From Clostridia bacterium (GTDB lineage: Bacteria > Bacillota > Clostridia > Christensenellales > Aristaeellaceae): DNA of 14,663 bases. This document shows positions 1 to 7,516 of this stretch, piece by piece (within the stretch, counting starts at the first letter, position 1; each line of letters begins with the position of its first letter). Made by a program: the position numbers and the translations under genes. The notes under the pieces are model-generated. The model was not told the origin of the DNA. It was given only the letters and a program-made list of their open reading frames with translations, and did no database searches. Where the stretch lies: the NCBI GenBank assembly GCA_030526225.1, contig JAUNDF010000055.1, positions 1 to 14,663 of the forward strand, written 5' to 3'.

Positions 1-2
1 AA

Positions 3-839
3 CTGAGCATCCTGGATATTCCTGCCGGCACCACCTACAGTGTGCGTGAGGCTGATTACTCCGGCGAGGGCTACTCCGTGTATCCCGCCAGCGGTGTTGT
101 TACCGGTGAAATGACCACGGCCAACGCTGTGGCTACCTTCACCAACATCCGCAACTACGGCAAGCTGAACATCCGCAAGGTACTGGGCGGCAACGGCGGC
201 GAGGAAGACCGTGAGTTTGAATTCACTGTCCGCCTCACCCGCAGGGACAATGTTGATCCCGCCGGCACCTATCCCAGCACCATGGGCAACATCCGCTTCG
301 TCGGCAGCGGCAACGGTGTGGCTGAAGCCAAGGTTTCCATCCCGGGCAACAGCAGCATCACCATCAGTGATATTCTGGAAGGCACGGAATACTCCGTCAC
401 CGAGGCAGACTACACTGAGGAAGGCTACATCACCGAAATGACCGGTGCCAACGGTACCATTACCACCGGCACCAGCCGCGTAACGGCAACCAATACCCGC
501 AATGTGGGCGAGCTGACCATCACCAAGAAGGTTGTGGCTCTGGGCGGTCTGGAAATCCCCACCACCCAGTACGTCTTCCGCGTGACCCTGGTCAAGGACG
601 GCGTGCCCTTCAGCGGCATCCTGCCCACCACCAACGGTGACCTGGAATTCATCCGCGGCAACGCCACGGTCAAGCTGGCCCACGATGAATCCATCACCAT
701 CTACGATATCCTCGAAGGCACCACCTATGTGGTGACCGAGACCGGCTCCTTCGGTGCTGAGGTTTCCTCCACCGGCTCCGCCGGCATCATCACCACCGCC
801 AATGCCCGCGCTGACTTCACCAACACCATCCGCCAGTAT
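3..839 (+). repeat. Intragenic tandem domain repeats of about 333 bp / 111 aa within the surface-protein gene.
   Basis: Each unit starts with a (K/E)L(N/T)I(R/T)K(V/K) strand. Each unit ends with a (A/F)TN(I/T)R.. strand: FTNIRNYG, ATNTRNVG, FTNTIRQY. The units are diverged at the DNA level; the repeat shows in protein periodicity rather than in exact DNA copies. Confidence 0.55.
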
Positions 840-1217
840 CGCACCTCCATTACCGTGCGCAAGGCATGGAATGACCGCGATGACAAGGATCACAAGCGTC
901 CCGTCGAAATCGAGGTTGAAATCTACAACCAGTTCGAAACGCTCTTCAACGTGAAGCTCAACGAGGCCAACGGCTGGACCGCCACCTTCGACAACCTGCC
1001 CAGATTTACCGACAGCGGTGAGGTTTACGTCTATTCTGTGCGTGAAATCAACGTACCCGAAGGCTACACCGTCCACTACAGCGCAACGGAAAATGTCATC
1101 ACCATCACCAACAGCCACGAGCCCGAAGTGTTCAAGAAGACGACCGTGACCATCAATGAATATGATGTGCCTCTGGGCGCCGGCCTGAACATGAACGAAG
1201 GCGATTGCATTGACTAA
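3..1217 (+). CDS. Cell-surface repeat protein, 5'-truncated by the window edge. It has tandem SpaA/Cna-B-like Ig-fold domains followed by a classic Cna-B domain, and no LPXTG anchor.
   Basis: The frame is open from nt 3, reading LSILDIPAGTTYSVREADY..., so the track's GTG at 42 is internal. A motif repeats about every 111 aa: ITISDILEGTEYSVTEADYTEEGY, ITIYDILEGTTYVVTETG, and TTYSVREADYSGEGY at the edge. The last domain, KAWNDRDDKDHKRPVEIEVEIY...NGWTATFDNLP...GEVYVYSVREINVPEGYTV, is a textbook Cna-B signature. Stop codon TAA at 1215-1217. Confidence 0.8.
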   Translation: MSILDIPAGTTYSVREADYSGEGYSVYPASGVVTGEMTTANAVATFTNIRNYGKLNIRKVLGGNGGEEDREFEFTVRLTRRDNVDPAGTYPSTMGNIRFVGSGNGVAEAKVSIPGNSSITISDILEGTEYSVTEADYTEEGYITEMTGANGTITTGTSRVTATNTRNVGELTITKKVVALGGLEIPTTQYVFRVTLVKDGVPFSGILPTTNGDLEFIRGNATVKLAHDESITIYDILEGTTYVVTETGSFGAEVSSTGSAGIITTANARADFTNTIRQYRTSITVRKAWNDRDDKDHKRPVEIEVEIYNQFETLFNVKLNEANGWTATFDNLPRFTDSGEVYVYSVREINVPEGYTVHYSATENVITITNSHEPEVFKKTTVTINEYDVPLGAGLNMNEGDCID

Positions 1218-1245
1218 TGCATGTAGTGAAATGGAGGGAAAAACC

Positions 1246-3294
1246 ATGAACGGTAAGAGAACCCTGAGTATCCTGCTGGCATTGCTTCTGGCAATGTCAG
1301 CAGCCCTTCCGCTGCATGCCCTGGCCGAGGATGCTGACGATGAGGAATTCTACATTCCCACCGACACAGAAATTGCACTGGAAGGCCGTCCTGCCAAGGA
1401 CGAAATTCTGCACGTCACCGTAGGTAACCCCAACAAAGTAAAAGGCAACTTCTTCACCCGTCTTCTGGGCAACAACACCAGCGATATCGATGTCCGCAGC
1501 ATGATTCACGGCTACGACCTCATCGTCTGGGATATTCAGCCCGAATTCATCACCGACCCTCAGGTGGTCAAGGATCTGAAAAAGACCGCCGCAGGGGATA
1601 ACACCCTGTACACCGTCACCATCGCGGATGATTTGGTGTACAACGATGGTGAAACACAGATTACCGCAGCTGATTATGTGTTCTCTCTGCTGCTGTTCTC
1701 CAGCAAGGAGATGGCACAGCTCGGCGGCGATATCTCCGTGTACAACCACATCGTCGGCTGGGATGAGTACAGCACCGGCAAGGCCAAAACCTTGTCCGGT
1801 GTGCGGCTCATCAGCCCCACCGAGTTCTCTGTGGAAATCAAGGCCGAGTGCCTGCCGTACTTCTACGAGCTCAGCTACCTGTCCGTGGAGCCTTTCCCCA
1901 TCAGCGTGATTGCTCCCGGCTGCAAGGTGGCTGATGACGGCAAGGGCGCCTACATCACCAACGAGAAGAAGGGCAAGAACATCTTCACCGCCGAGCTGCT
2001 GGAGAAGACGGTCATGGACCCCGAAACCGGCTACATGAGCAGCCCCGCGCTGTCCTGCGGCCCGTACAAGTTCCTCTCTTGGGATAGCGATGCCGGCACG
2101 GTTGAGTTTGAAATCAACCATTTCTACAAGGGCAACTACGAGGGCGTAAAGCCCTACATCGATGAAATCACTTTGGTCTATGCCCCCACTGCCACCATGG
2201 TGGACCGGCTGGCCTCCGGCGAAGTCAACCTGCTCAACAAGTGCGTTGACGGCACCGTGATTCTCGATGCCATCGGCCGCCAGATGGACGATGTAAAGAA
2301 TTACAACTACGCCCGCCTTGGCTACGGCTATCTGGCTGTATCCTGCGAAAAGGGCCCCCAGCAGTTCCCGGCAGTTCGTCAGGCCATCGCCTGCAGCTTT
2401 GATACCGATCGCTTTGTGGATGAATACCTCATGGGCTTCGGTATGCCGGTGTACGGCTACTATGGCCTTGGTCAGTGGATGACCATGGCGGTCAGCGGCA
2501 CCCTTCGCCCCGAAGGCATCTCTGAAGCCGAGGAAGCAAAGTGGGATGAGCTGACCCTGGACAATCTGGACACGTATGACTATGACCTCGAGCGCGCCGT
2601 ACAGCTGCTGGAGGATGACGGCTGGGTGCTCAACGCCCAGGGCAAGGCATACAAGAACGGCATCCGCTACAAGCAGCTGGAGGACGGCACGCTGATGCCC
2701 CTGTCCTTCGTGTATGCGCTGACGGATGACTCCCGCGCTTCCCTGATGGTGCGCGATATGCTGCAGGAATCCTTCGCCGTTATCGGTGCGGAGCTGGTGG
2801 TGTATCCCATGTCCTTTGCCCAGCAGCTGAACAGCTACTACCGCAGCGAGGGCGTCCGTGAATACGATCTGGCCTTCATGGGCACCAACTTCGTATCCAC
2901 CTTCGACCCCTACATGACCTTCTCCGAAACGGCTGATGCCAACAGCGCCATGAACACCAGCGGCCTGTATGACGAGCAGCTGGTTCAGTCCGCTTACGCC
3001 ATGCACAGCACCCAGCCTCTGGACCTGCTTGGCTTTGTCACCAACTGGGTATCCTTCCAGGAGCGGTACAACCAGATTCTGCCCACCATCCCGCTGTATT
3101 CCAACGTGTACTTTGACTTCAGCAGTGACTGGCTGCAGAACTACAGCATCGCATCCCGCACCAACTGGCCCGATGCAATCCTGTACGCCTTCTGGGCCGA
3201 GCCCAAGGCTGAAGAAGAGCCCGACGGGGAAGACGACATGATGGATGATGAAAACACCATGGACCTGTCCGGTGACGACATCATCATCGAGTAA
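1246..3294 (+). CDS. Secreted ABC-type substrate-binding protein, family 5 (peptide/nickel, OppA/DppA-like fold). No permease or ATPase partner lies in the window.
   Basis: ATG at 1246 is preceded by GGAGGG at 1233-1238. The signal peptide MNGKRTLSILLALLLAMSAALPLHALA|EDAD has no lipobox Cys. Size (about 680 aa) and overall sequence character fit SBP family 5. The D/E-rich C-terminal tail reads EEEPDGEDDMMDDENTMDLSGDDIIIE. The start at 1210 was rejected because it would place the RBS inside the CDS. Confidence 0.8.
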   Translation: MNGKRTLSILLALLLAMSAALPLHALAEDADDEEFYIPTDTEIALEGRPAKDEILHVTVGNPNKVKGNFFTRLLGNNTSDIDVRSMIHGYDLIVWDIQPEFITDPQVVKDLKKTAAGDNTLYTVTIADDLVYNDGETQITAADYVFSLLLFSSKEMAQLGGDISVYNHIVGWDEYSTGKAKTLSGVRLISPTEFSVEIKAECLPYFYELSYLSVEPFPISVIAPGCKVADDGKGAYITNEKKGKNIFTAELLEKTVMDPETGYMSSPALSCGPYKFLSWDSDAGTVEFEINHFYKGNYEGVKPYIDEITLVYAPTATMVDRLASGEVNLLNKCVDGTVILDAIGRQMDDVKNYNYARLGYGYLAVSCEKGPQQFPAVRQAIACSFDTDRFVDEYLMGFGMPVYGYYGLGQWMTMAVSGTLRPEGISEAEEAKWDELTLDNLDTYDYDLERAVQLLEDDGWVLNAQGKAYKNGIRYKQLEDGTLMPLSFVYALTDDSRASLMVRDMLQESFAVIGAELVVYPMSFAQQLNSYYRSEGVREYDLAFMGTNFVSTFDPYMTFSETADANSAMNTSGLYDEQLVQSAYAMHSTQPLDLLGFVTNWVSFQERYNQILPTIPLYSNVYFDFSSDWLQNYSIASRTNWPDAILYAFWAEPKAEEEPDGEDDMMDDENTMDLSGDDIIIE

Positions 3295-3303
3295 ACCAAA
3301 CAA

Positions 3304-3344
3304 AACAGCCATGACCGGAGCGATTCGGCCATGGCTGTTTTTTG
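3304..3344 (+). terminator. Rho-independent terminator of the surface-protein/SBP transcription unit.
   Basis: A 10-bp stem pairs AACAGCCATG (3304-3313) with CATGGCTGTT (3330-3339). It is followed by a T-run that starts 10 nt after the TAA stop. Confidence 0.8.
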
Positions 3345-3361
3345 CAATGATAAAAGATATA

Positions 3362-3398
3362 GAAAAAACCGCGTATGCCGGCAATCAGCATACGCGGT
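3362..3398 (-). terminator. Rho-independent terminator of the GH13 gene, possibly bidirectional.
   Basis: The stem pairs CCGCGTATGC (3369-3378) with GCATACGCGG (3388-3397). An A6 run at 3363-3368 gives U6 on the minus-strand transcript, and TTTT lies on the other side. It sits directly after the minus-strand stop at 3405-3407. Confidence 0.75.
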
Positions 3399-3404
3399 TT
3401 TCTA

Positions 3405-5459
3405 TTACAGCTTCATCAGGATGAATGCGCTGTGGGCGGGCATTTCCAGCGTCAGGCCGCCGTCCTTTACGGCAATGCCGCGGCCAAGGGTGGAATGACC
3501 GTTTTCGTCACTGGAGAACTTGATGTCGAATACATCCCCGTTGCGGGCACCCATGTTCCACACAGGGATGACCTCCGTTCGGGCGGCCTCGCTGTTGTTG
3601 ATGGCCACCACCGCCATGTCCTTGTGGTCAAAGCGGCCATAGGCAATCAGTCCGGCGCCGGAAAGCAGCTCCGTCAGGGAACCGGTGTTCAGTACCTTGT
3701 AGGTGCGGCGGATGGCAATCAGGTCGTGGTGTGCCTGCAGCATTTCCTGATTCTCATGCCCCCAGGGATAGGTGCGGCGGTTGTCGGGATCGGTCCAGCC
3801 CACCTGACCGGCTTCATCGGCGTAGTACAGGGTCGGTGCACCGGGCCATGTCATCTGGATGGCCACAGCCTCCCGCATGACAGCGGGGTTTACGCCTTCA
3901 CCGGCGGCTTCGGAGCCCATGGATACCAGACGGCCCACCTTGCGGTTGGTGCGGGTGAGGAAGCGGGAATGGTCATGGTTGGACAGCTGGTTCATGCTGC
4001 ACATCAGGGACGGCTCCTGCATCTTGGCCATGTTGGCCCGCATGCTGCGGAAGAACGCATCACCGTTCTGGTACAGGTCATCCTTGGTGTAGTCGCTGTG
4101 CTTTTCCATGCCGGTCAGGAAATAGCTGACCGGGTCCATGAAGGCATCGTAGTTCATCACGGTGTCCCACTGGTCGCCCTGCAGCCAGGGGGAGGCATCG
4201 CCGTAATGCTCGGCAATGATGACCAGATTGGGATTGACGGCCTTGACCCGCCTGCGGAACTCCTGCCAGAAGGCATGGTTCACTTCGGGGGTGTGGCCCA
4301 GATCAGCCGCTACATCCAGCCGCCAGCCATCGATGGAATAGGGCGGCCTGGCCCACTTCTCGGCAATGGACAGAATGGTCTCCTTCAGCGTTTCGGATTG
4401 GTCATAGTTCAGCTTGGGCAGTGTGGGCAGGCTCCACCAGCCCTCATAGGGAGCGTCCTTGTTGGGCTTGTCGAAATTGAAGAACTCGCGGTATTTGCTG
4501 TCCGGGCTTTGGTAGGCACCCTTGTCATAGCTGTCCTGACCCACATAGATGCCCTCGCGGTCCATCCATTTGTGGAAGGAGCCGCAGTGGTTGAACACGC
4601 CGTCCAGAATAATCTTCATGCCCCGGCGGTGCAGCTCCTCGCACAGGGAGGCAAAATACTTGTCGCTTTCTTCCAGATTCTTCAGGCTGGTGGTGCGCTT
4701 GATGTACTCTGTGGCAAAGCCGTTGTGCTTCTCCCAGTCCTGCATCATGTGGCGTTCATCCTCTTCGATGATGGCCAGATGGGGATCGATGTGATCGTAA
4801 TCCTGCGTATCATATTTGTGGGAGGAGGGGGAGACGAAAATGGGGTTGAAGTACAGCGCATCCACGCCGAGGGACTGGAGGTAATCCAGCTTCTCCATCA
4901 CGCCCTGCAGATCGCCGCCGTAGAAATTGTGGATGTCGGGGTCCACCACGGGGGAATCCCAGGTCATGTGCCAGGAATGGCCGTTGACATAATAATACTC
5001 GTGGTTGTTGACATCGTTTTTCTTGCAGCCGTTGCGGAAACGGTCGGTGAAAATCTGGTACTGGATGGCGCCCTTGGTCCATTCCGGCACGTGGAAGCCG
5101 GGCATAAAGCGGAAGCTGGTATCAGACTCCACCTTGCAGCCATGGCCCATGTGGATGGCGCCCAGCTTGTTGTACATGTACTTTTTGCGCTCGTGGTAGA
5201 ACTGGAATACATAATGGGTCATTTCCGTGCCGCAGATAAAATCACCGGCAAAGAAATCAAACACCTCATCGCTGTGATGCAGCTGCATGCGGATGTTTTT
5301 CCGCTCGCCTTTTTCACTGATGACCAGATAAATGTTGCGCAGTGTTCCTTTGGCTGCGCGGAAAAGCAGCTGAACCCTGTCACCGGGGTTGGGCTCAACC
5401 GGCATACGGAAAAAAGGCGACTCATCGGCAAAAAGGGCTTGGAAGAAATTGATTTGCAT
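3405..5459 (-). CDS. Cytoplasmic GH13 alpha-amylase-family enzyme (neopullulanase/cyclomaltodextrinase/maltogenic-amylase-like alpha-glycosidase).
   Basis: All GH13 conserved regions are visible: GVDALYFNPIF, GMKIILDGVFNHCG, DGWRLDVAADL (nucleophile Asp), VIIAEHYGD (acid/base Glu) and LSNHDHSRF. There is an N-terminal extra domain and no signal peptide. A GAAGG RBS lies 6 nt upstream of the ATG. Confidence 0.9.
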   Translation of the reverse strand: MQINFFQALFADESPFFRMPVEPNPGDRVQLLFRAAKGTLRNIYLVISEKGERKNIRMQLHHSDEVFDFFAGDFICGTEMTHYVFQFYHERKKYMYNKLGAIHMGHGCKVESDTSFRFMPGFHVPEWTKGAIQYQIFTDRFRNGCKKNDVNNHEYYYVNGHSWHMTWDSPVVDPDIHNFYGGDLQGVMEKLDYLQSLGVDALYFNPIFVSPSSHKYDTQDYDHIDPHLAIIEEDERHMMQDWEKHNGFATEYIKRTTSLKNLEESDKYFASLCEELHRRGMKIILDGVFNHCGSFHKWMDREGIYVGQDSYDKGAYQSPDSKYREFFNFDKPNKDAPYEGWWSLPTLPKLNYDQSETLKETILSIAEKWARPPYSIDGWRLDVAADLGHTPEVNHAFWQEFRRRVKAVNPNLVIIAEHYGDASPWLQGDQWDTVMNYDAFMDPVSYFLTGMEKHSDYTKDDLYQNGDAFFRSMRANMAKMQEPSLMCSMNQLSNHDHSRFLTRTNRKVGRLVSMGSEAAGEGVNPAVMREAVAIQMTWPGAPTLYYADEAGQVGWTDPDNRRTYPWGHENQEMLQAHHDLIAIRRTYKVLNTGSLTELLSGAGLIAYGRFDHKDMAVVAINNSEAARTEVIPVWNMGARNGDVFDIKFSSDENGHSTLGRGIAVKDGGLTLEMPAHSAFILMKL

Positions 5460-5565
5460 ACAAAGCCTTCGCTTTCCTTATTAATATGGTGATAGAACAC
5501 GCTGCATACCCGATCCGGTTCTCTCAACAGGAGCTGAAGCGATGGGTGACAGCAACCTGTCTGTT

Positions 5566-5593
5566 ATTATACATAAAAACGATACAATTGAAA
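5566..5593 (-). promoter_or_regulatory. Candidate sigma-70/SigA promoter for the GH13 gene.
   Basis: On the minus strand: TTTCAA, 16-nt spacer, TATAAT. The -10 element is perfect and the -35 is weak. This would give a leader of about 100 nt. Confidence 0.25.
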
Positions 5594-5630
5594 AGTACAA
5601 AAAAAGAAGGAAATTTTGACAAAACTATAC

Positions 5631-5658
5631 AAAAAAACCTTACCGTTTCCGGTAAGGT
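5631..5658 (-). terminator. Rho-independent terminator downstream of tRNA-Ser.
   Basis: The stem pairs ACCTTACC (5637-5644) with GGTAAGGT (5651-5658), with loop GTTTCC. An A7 run at 5631-5637 gives a U7 tract on the minus-strand transcript. Confidence 0.7.
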
Positions 5659-5661
5659 TTG

Positions 5662-5751
5662 TGGCGCAGAGTTAGGGATTCGAACCCTAGTTAGGTTTCA
5701 GCCTAAACACGATTTCCAGTCGTGCGCCTTCGACCACTCAGCCAACTCTGC
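5662..5751 (-). tRNA. tRNA-Ser, anticodon GGA, class II long-variable-arm tRNA with encoded CCA.
   Basis: The reverse complement folds by hand as follows. Acceptor stem GCAGAGT/ACTCTGC. D-arm GCT...GGC with GAGTGGT loop residues. Anticodon stem CACGA/TCGTG with loop CTGGAAA. Variable stem TTAGG/CCTAA. T-arm TAGGG-TTCGAAT-CCCTA. Discriminator G followed by CCA. Total length 90 nt. Confidence 0.92.
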
Positions 5752-5781
5752 ACATTGCGTCGGTCATCCGCAACGAGTATT

Positions 5782-5810
5782 ATTATAGCCGGTGGGGGAC
5801 AGATTGTCAA
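5782..5810 (-). promoter_or_regulatory. Consensus promoter driving tRNA-Ser.
   Basis: The minus strand reads TTGACA, 17-nt spacer, TATAAT, with both hexamers perfect. The -10 element ends about 30 nt upstream of the mature tRNA 5' end. Confidence 0.7.
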
Positions 5811-5909
5811 TACCTTTTCTGCAAGAAAATTGCTAATTGACGAAAAATGCGTTTTTGATGGCATTCACGCCCGCGATTGTCCATTTTTCGTATCTTTTCT
5901 GCTGCGCAA

Positions 5910-5938
5910 TTGAACTTGCAGCAAAAAAATGGTAAAAT
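5910..5938 (+). promoter_or_regulatory. Promoter of the kinase-GNAT operon, divergent from the tRNA promoter.
   Basis: TTGAAC (5910-5915), 17-nt spacer, TAAAAT (5933-5938). An extended -10 TG lies at 5930-5931. The promoter is about 57 nt upstream of the ATG at 5996. Confidence 0.6.
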
Positions 5939-5995
5939 ATCAGATAAGAACAGCGATGTTCATATTCGGGCTTTATGTAGGAATGAGGGAAACAT

Positions 5996-6919
5996 ATGAT
6001 TACAACCATCTGCCTGAATCCATCCTTTGATAAAACTGTTACGCTGGAGCAGCTTGAAATCGGCGAGGTCAACCGCATCCAGTCCAGCCGCGTGGATATG
6101 GGCGGCAAGGGGCTGAATGTTGCCGTGGTGGCATCCCGGCTGGGGGTCGAGGTACAATGCATCGGCTGCATGGGCGAAACCGGCAGCGATATGCTCGATG
6201 CCATGATGCACCGGGAGGGCCTGAAGCACCGCTTTGTCAGAATACCCGGCGAGGTGCGCACCAATACGAAGATTATCTGCACCTCCACACAGGTGGCCAC
6301 GGAGCTGAACGAGCCCGGCGCGCCCATGACGGAAAAGGGCTTTGCGGAGTTCTGCGCCCTGGCGGAGGAAGCCTCCCGGGAAAGCCTGATGGTGGTTCTG
6401 ACCGGCTCTCTGCCGCCCAACTGCCCGGTTGGCACCTACAAGACATTGATTGAAAAGCTGGGCGGTGCCGGCTGCATCCTTGATGCAGTGGGGCAGGAGC
6501 TGATTCTGGGCGCACAGGCGGCGCCTTACCTGATTAAGCCCAACAAAACCGAGCTGGAGCAGACCATCGGCCGGGAGCTGCGCACCATGCGGGAAATCCG
6601 CGATGCGGCCATGGAGTTCATCGACAAGGGCGTGAAATATGTGGCCGTCAGCATGGGGCGCATCGGTGCCATTTTGGTATCGGAAAAGAAAACCCTGTTT
6701 GCCCCGGCACTGAAGCTGAAGGTCGGCTCCACCGTGGGTGCCGGCGACAGCATGATTGGCGGCTTCCTGAAGGGAATTACAGAAGAAAAGGATATGGATC
6801 GCGCATTCCGCTACGGCGTGGCGGCGGCATCGGCCTGTGTGCTGACGGAAGGCACCCAGCTGGTTCGCCGTGAGGACTTTGACATGCTGCTGGATAAGGT
6901 GCGCGTACAGGAATTGTAA
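5996..6919 (+). CDS. pfkB: 1-phosphofructokinase-family (PfkB-superfamily) sugar-phosphate kinase.
   Basis: The N-terminus ITTICLNPSFDKTV...VNR...GGKGLNVA, the IKPNKTELE motif and the C-terminal GAGDSMIGGF anion-hole motif are typical of the FruK/LacC subfamily. Length is 307 aa. Confidence 0.85.
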   Translation: MITTICLNPSFDKTVTLEQLEIGEVNRIQSSRVDMGGKGLNVAVVASRLGVEVQCIGCMGETGSDMLDAMMHREGLKHRFVRIPGEVRTNTKIICTSTQVATELNEPGAPMTEKGFAEFCALAEEASRESLMVVLTGSLPPNCPVGTYKTLIEKLGGAGCILDAVGQELILGAQAAPYLIKPNKTELEQTIGRELRTMREIRDAAMEFIDKGVKYVAVSMGRIGAILVSEKKTLFAPALKLKVGSTVGAGDSMIGGFLKGITEEKDMDRAFRYGVAAASACVLTEGTQLVRREDFDMLLDKVRVQEL

Positions 6920-7386
6920 TGCTGTTATTTTGGAAACGAAACAAGCCGGCCTATACAGACGGCGTGATTGACCTGGTCCCCATCGACCTGTTCCCGCCGC
7001 CGGAGGAAATGGGCTTTGGCGACAACTACGATTTTGTCATCACCCCCCACGGGAAAAAGCGGGAGGCAGGCCGCATCAACCTCCGGCTGGGGGAGAGCGA
7101 GGCGGTGTACTATTTCGGCCACATCGGCTACCATGTGGATCCGCCCTACCGCGGTCACGGCTATGCCGCCAGAGCCTGCGCCCTGCTGAAGGACCTCATC
7201 GTGCGCGAGGGCAAGGGCAGTGTGGTCATCACCGCCGACCCGGACAACATCCCCAGCAGAAAAACCTGCGAAAAGCTGGGCTGTACGCTGGAAAACATTG
7301 TGGGTGTGCCGGTCACCATTCAGGACAAGTGGGAAATCAGCTCTGTCAAATGCCGGTACATCTGGCGGATGAATCAGCAGCAGTAA
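6919..7386 (+). CDS. GNAT-family N-acetyltransferase.
   Basis: The acetyl-CoA binding motif A-like segment reads GYHVDPPYRGHGYAARACALL. Size is 155 aa. The start overlaps the kinase stop as TAATG. Confidence 0.7.
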   Translation: MLLFWKRNKPAYTDGVIDLVPIDLFPPPEEMGFGDNYDFVITPHGKKREAGRINLRLGESEAVYYFGHIGYHVDPPYRGHGYAARACALLKDLIVREGKGSVVITADPDNIPSRKTCEKLGCTLENIVGVPVTIQDKWEISSVKCRYIWRMNQQQ

Positions 7387-7430
7387 TGTGCAGCGATGCA
7401 TTGCAGGCAGACCGGACAACGGCCATACAG

Positions 7431-7461
7431 GCCCCTTTTTCGGAAGGGGCTTTATTTTTTT
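7431..7461 (+). terminator. Rho-independent terminator after the GNAT gene.
   Basis: The stem pairs GCCCCTT (7431-7437) with AAGGGGC (7444-7450). It is followed by TTTATTTTTTT. Confidence 0.8.
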
Positions 7462-7516
7462 GCCGAATTGGAGTAAAATACAAGATGAATCATTATGTCA
7501 ACAAGGAGAGAAATGC

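Noticed and set aside
1210-1245. Longer N-terminal starts offered by the ORF track: 1210 for the SBP, 7388 for the hydrolase, 11190 for dxs and 13978 for argR.
   Set aside because: In each case an internal start is preceded by a good Shine-Dalgarno at proper spacing. The extension would include the RBS itself, a terminator (7431-7461) or an intergenic hairpin (11176-11207). The extension peptides also look non-protein-like.
1297-3384. 695-aa minus-strand ORF antisense to the SBP gene.
   Set aside because: It is a shadow ORF typical of GC3-biased genes. Its composition is low-complexity and rich in Gly/Val/Ala/His, it has no recognisable motifs, and it runs through both terminators. The plus-strand SBP has a clear signal peptide and RBS.
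3375-5492. 705-aa plus-strand ORF antisense to the GH13 gene.
   Set aside because: The minus-strand frame carries every GH13 catalytic motif. The plus-frame product is featureless (Gly/Val/His/Ala-rich) and starts inside a terminator hairpin.
5560-5830. tRNA-Ser as an integration hotspot marking a genomic island boundary.
   Set aside because: No integrase gene lies nearby. I found no direct repeat of the tRNA 3' end anywhere in the window. The flanking genes (GH13 and a sugar kinase) are ordinary metabolic genes with the same GC-rich composition.
5486-5913. Plus-strand ORFs 5486..5788 and 5722..5913, together with minus-strand ORF 5833..6435.
   Set aside because: They run across the tRNA-Ser gene, its terminator and its promoters, or lie antisense to the kinase gene. 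None has an RBS or recognisable protein features.
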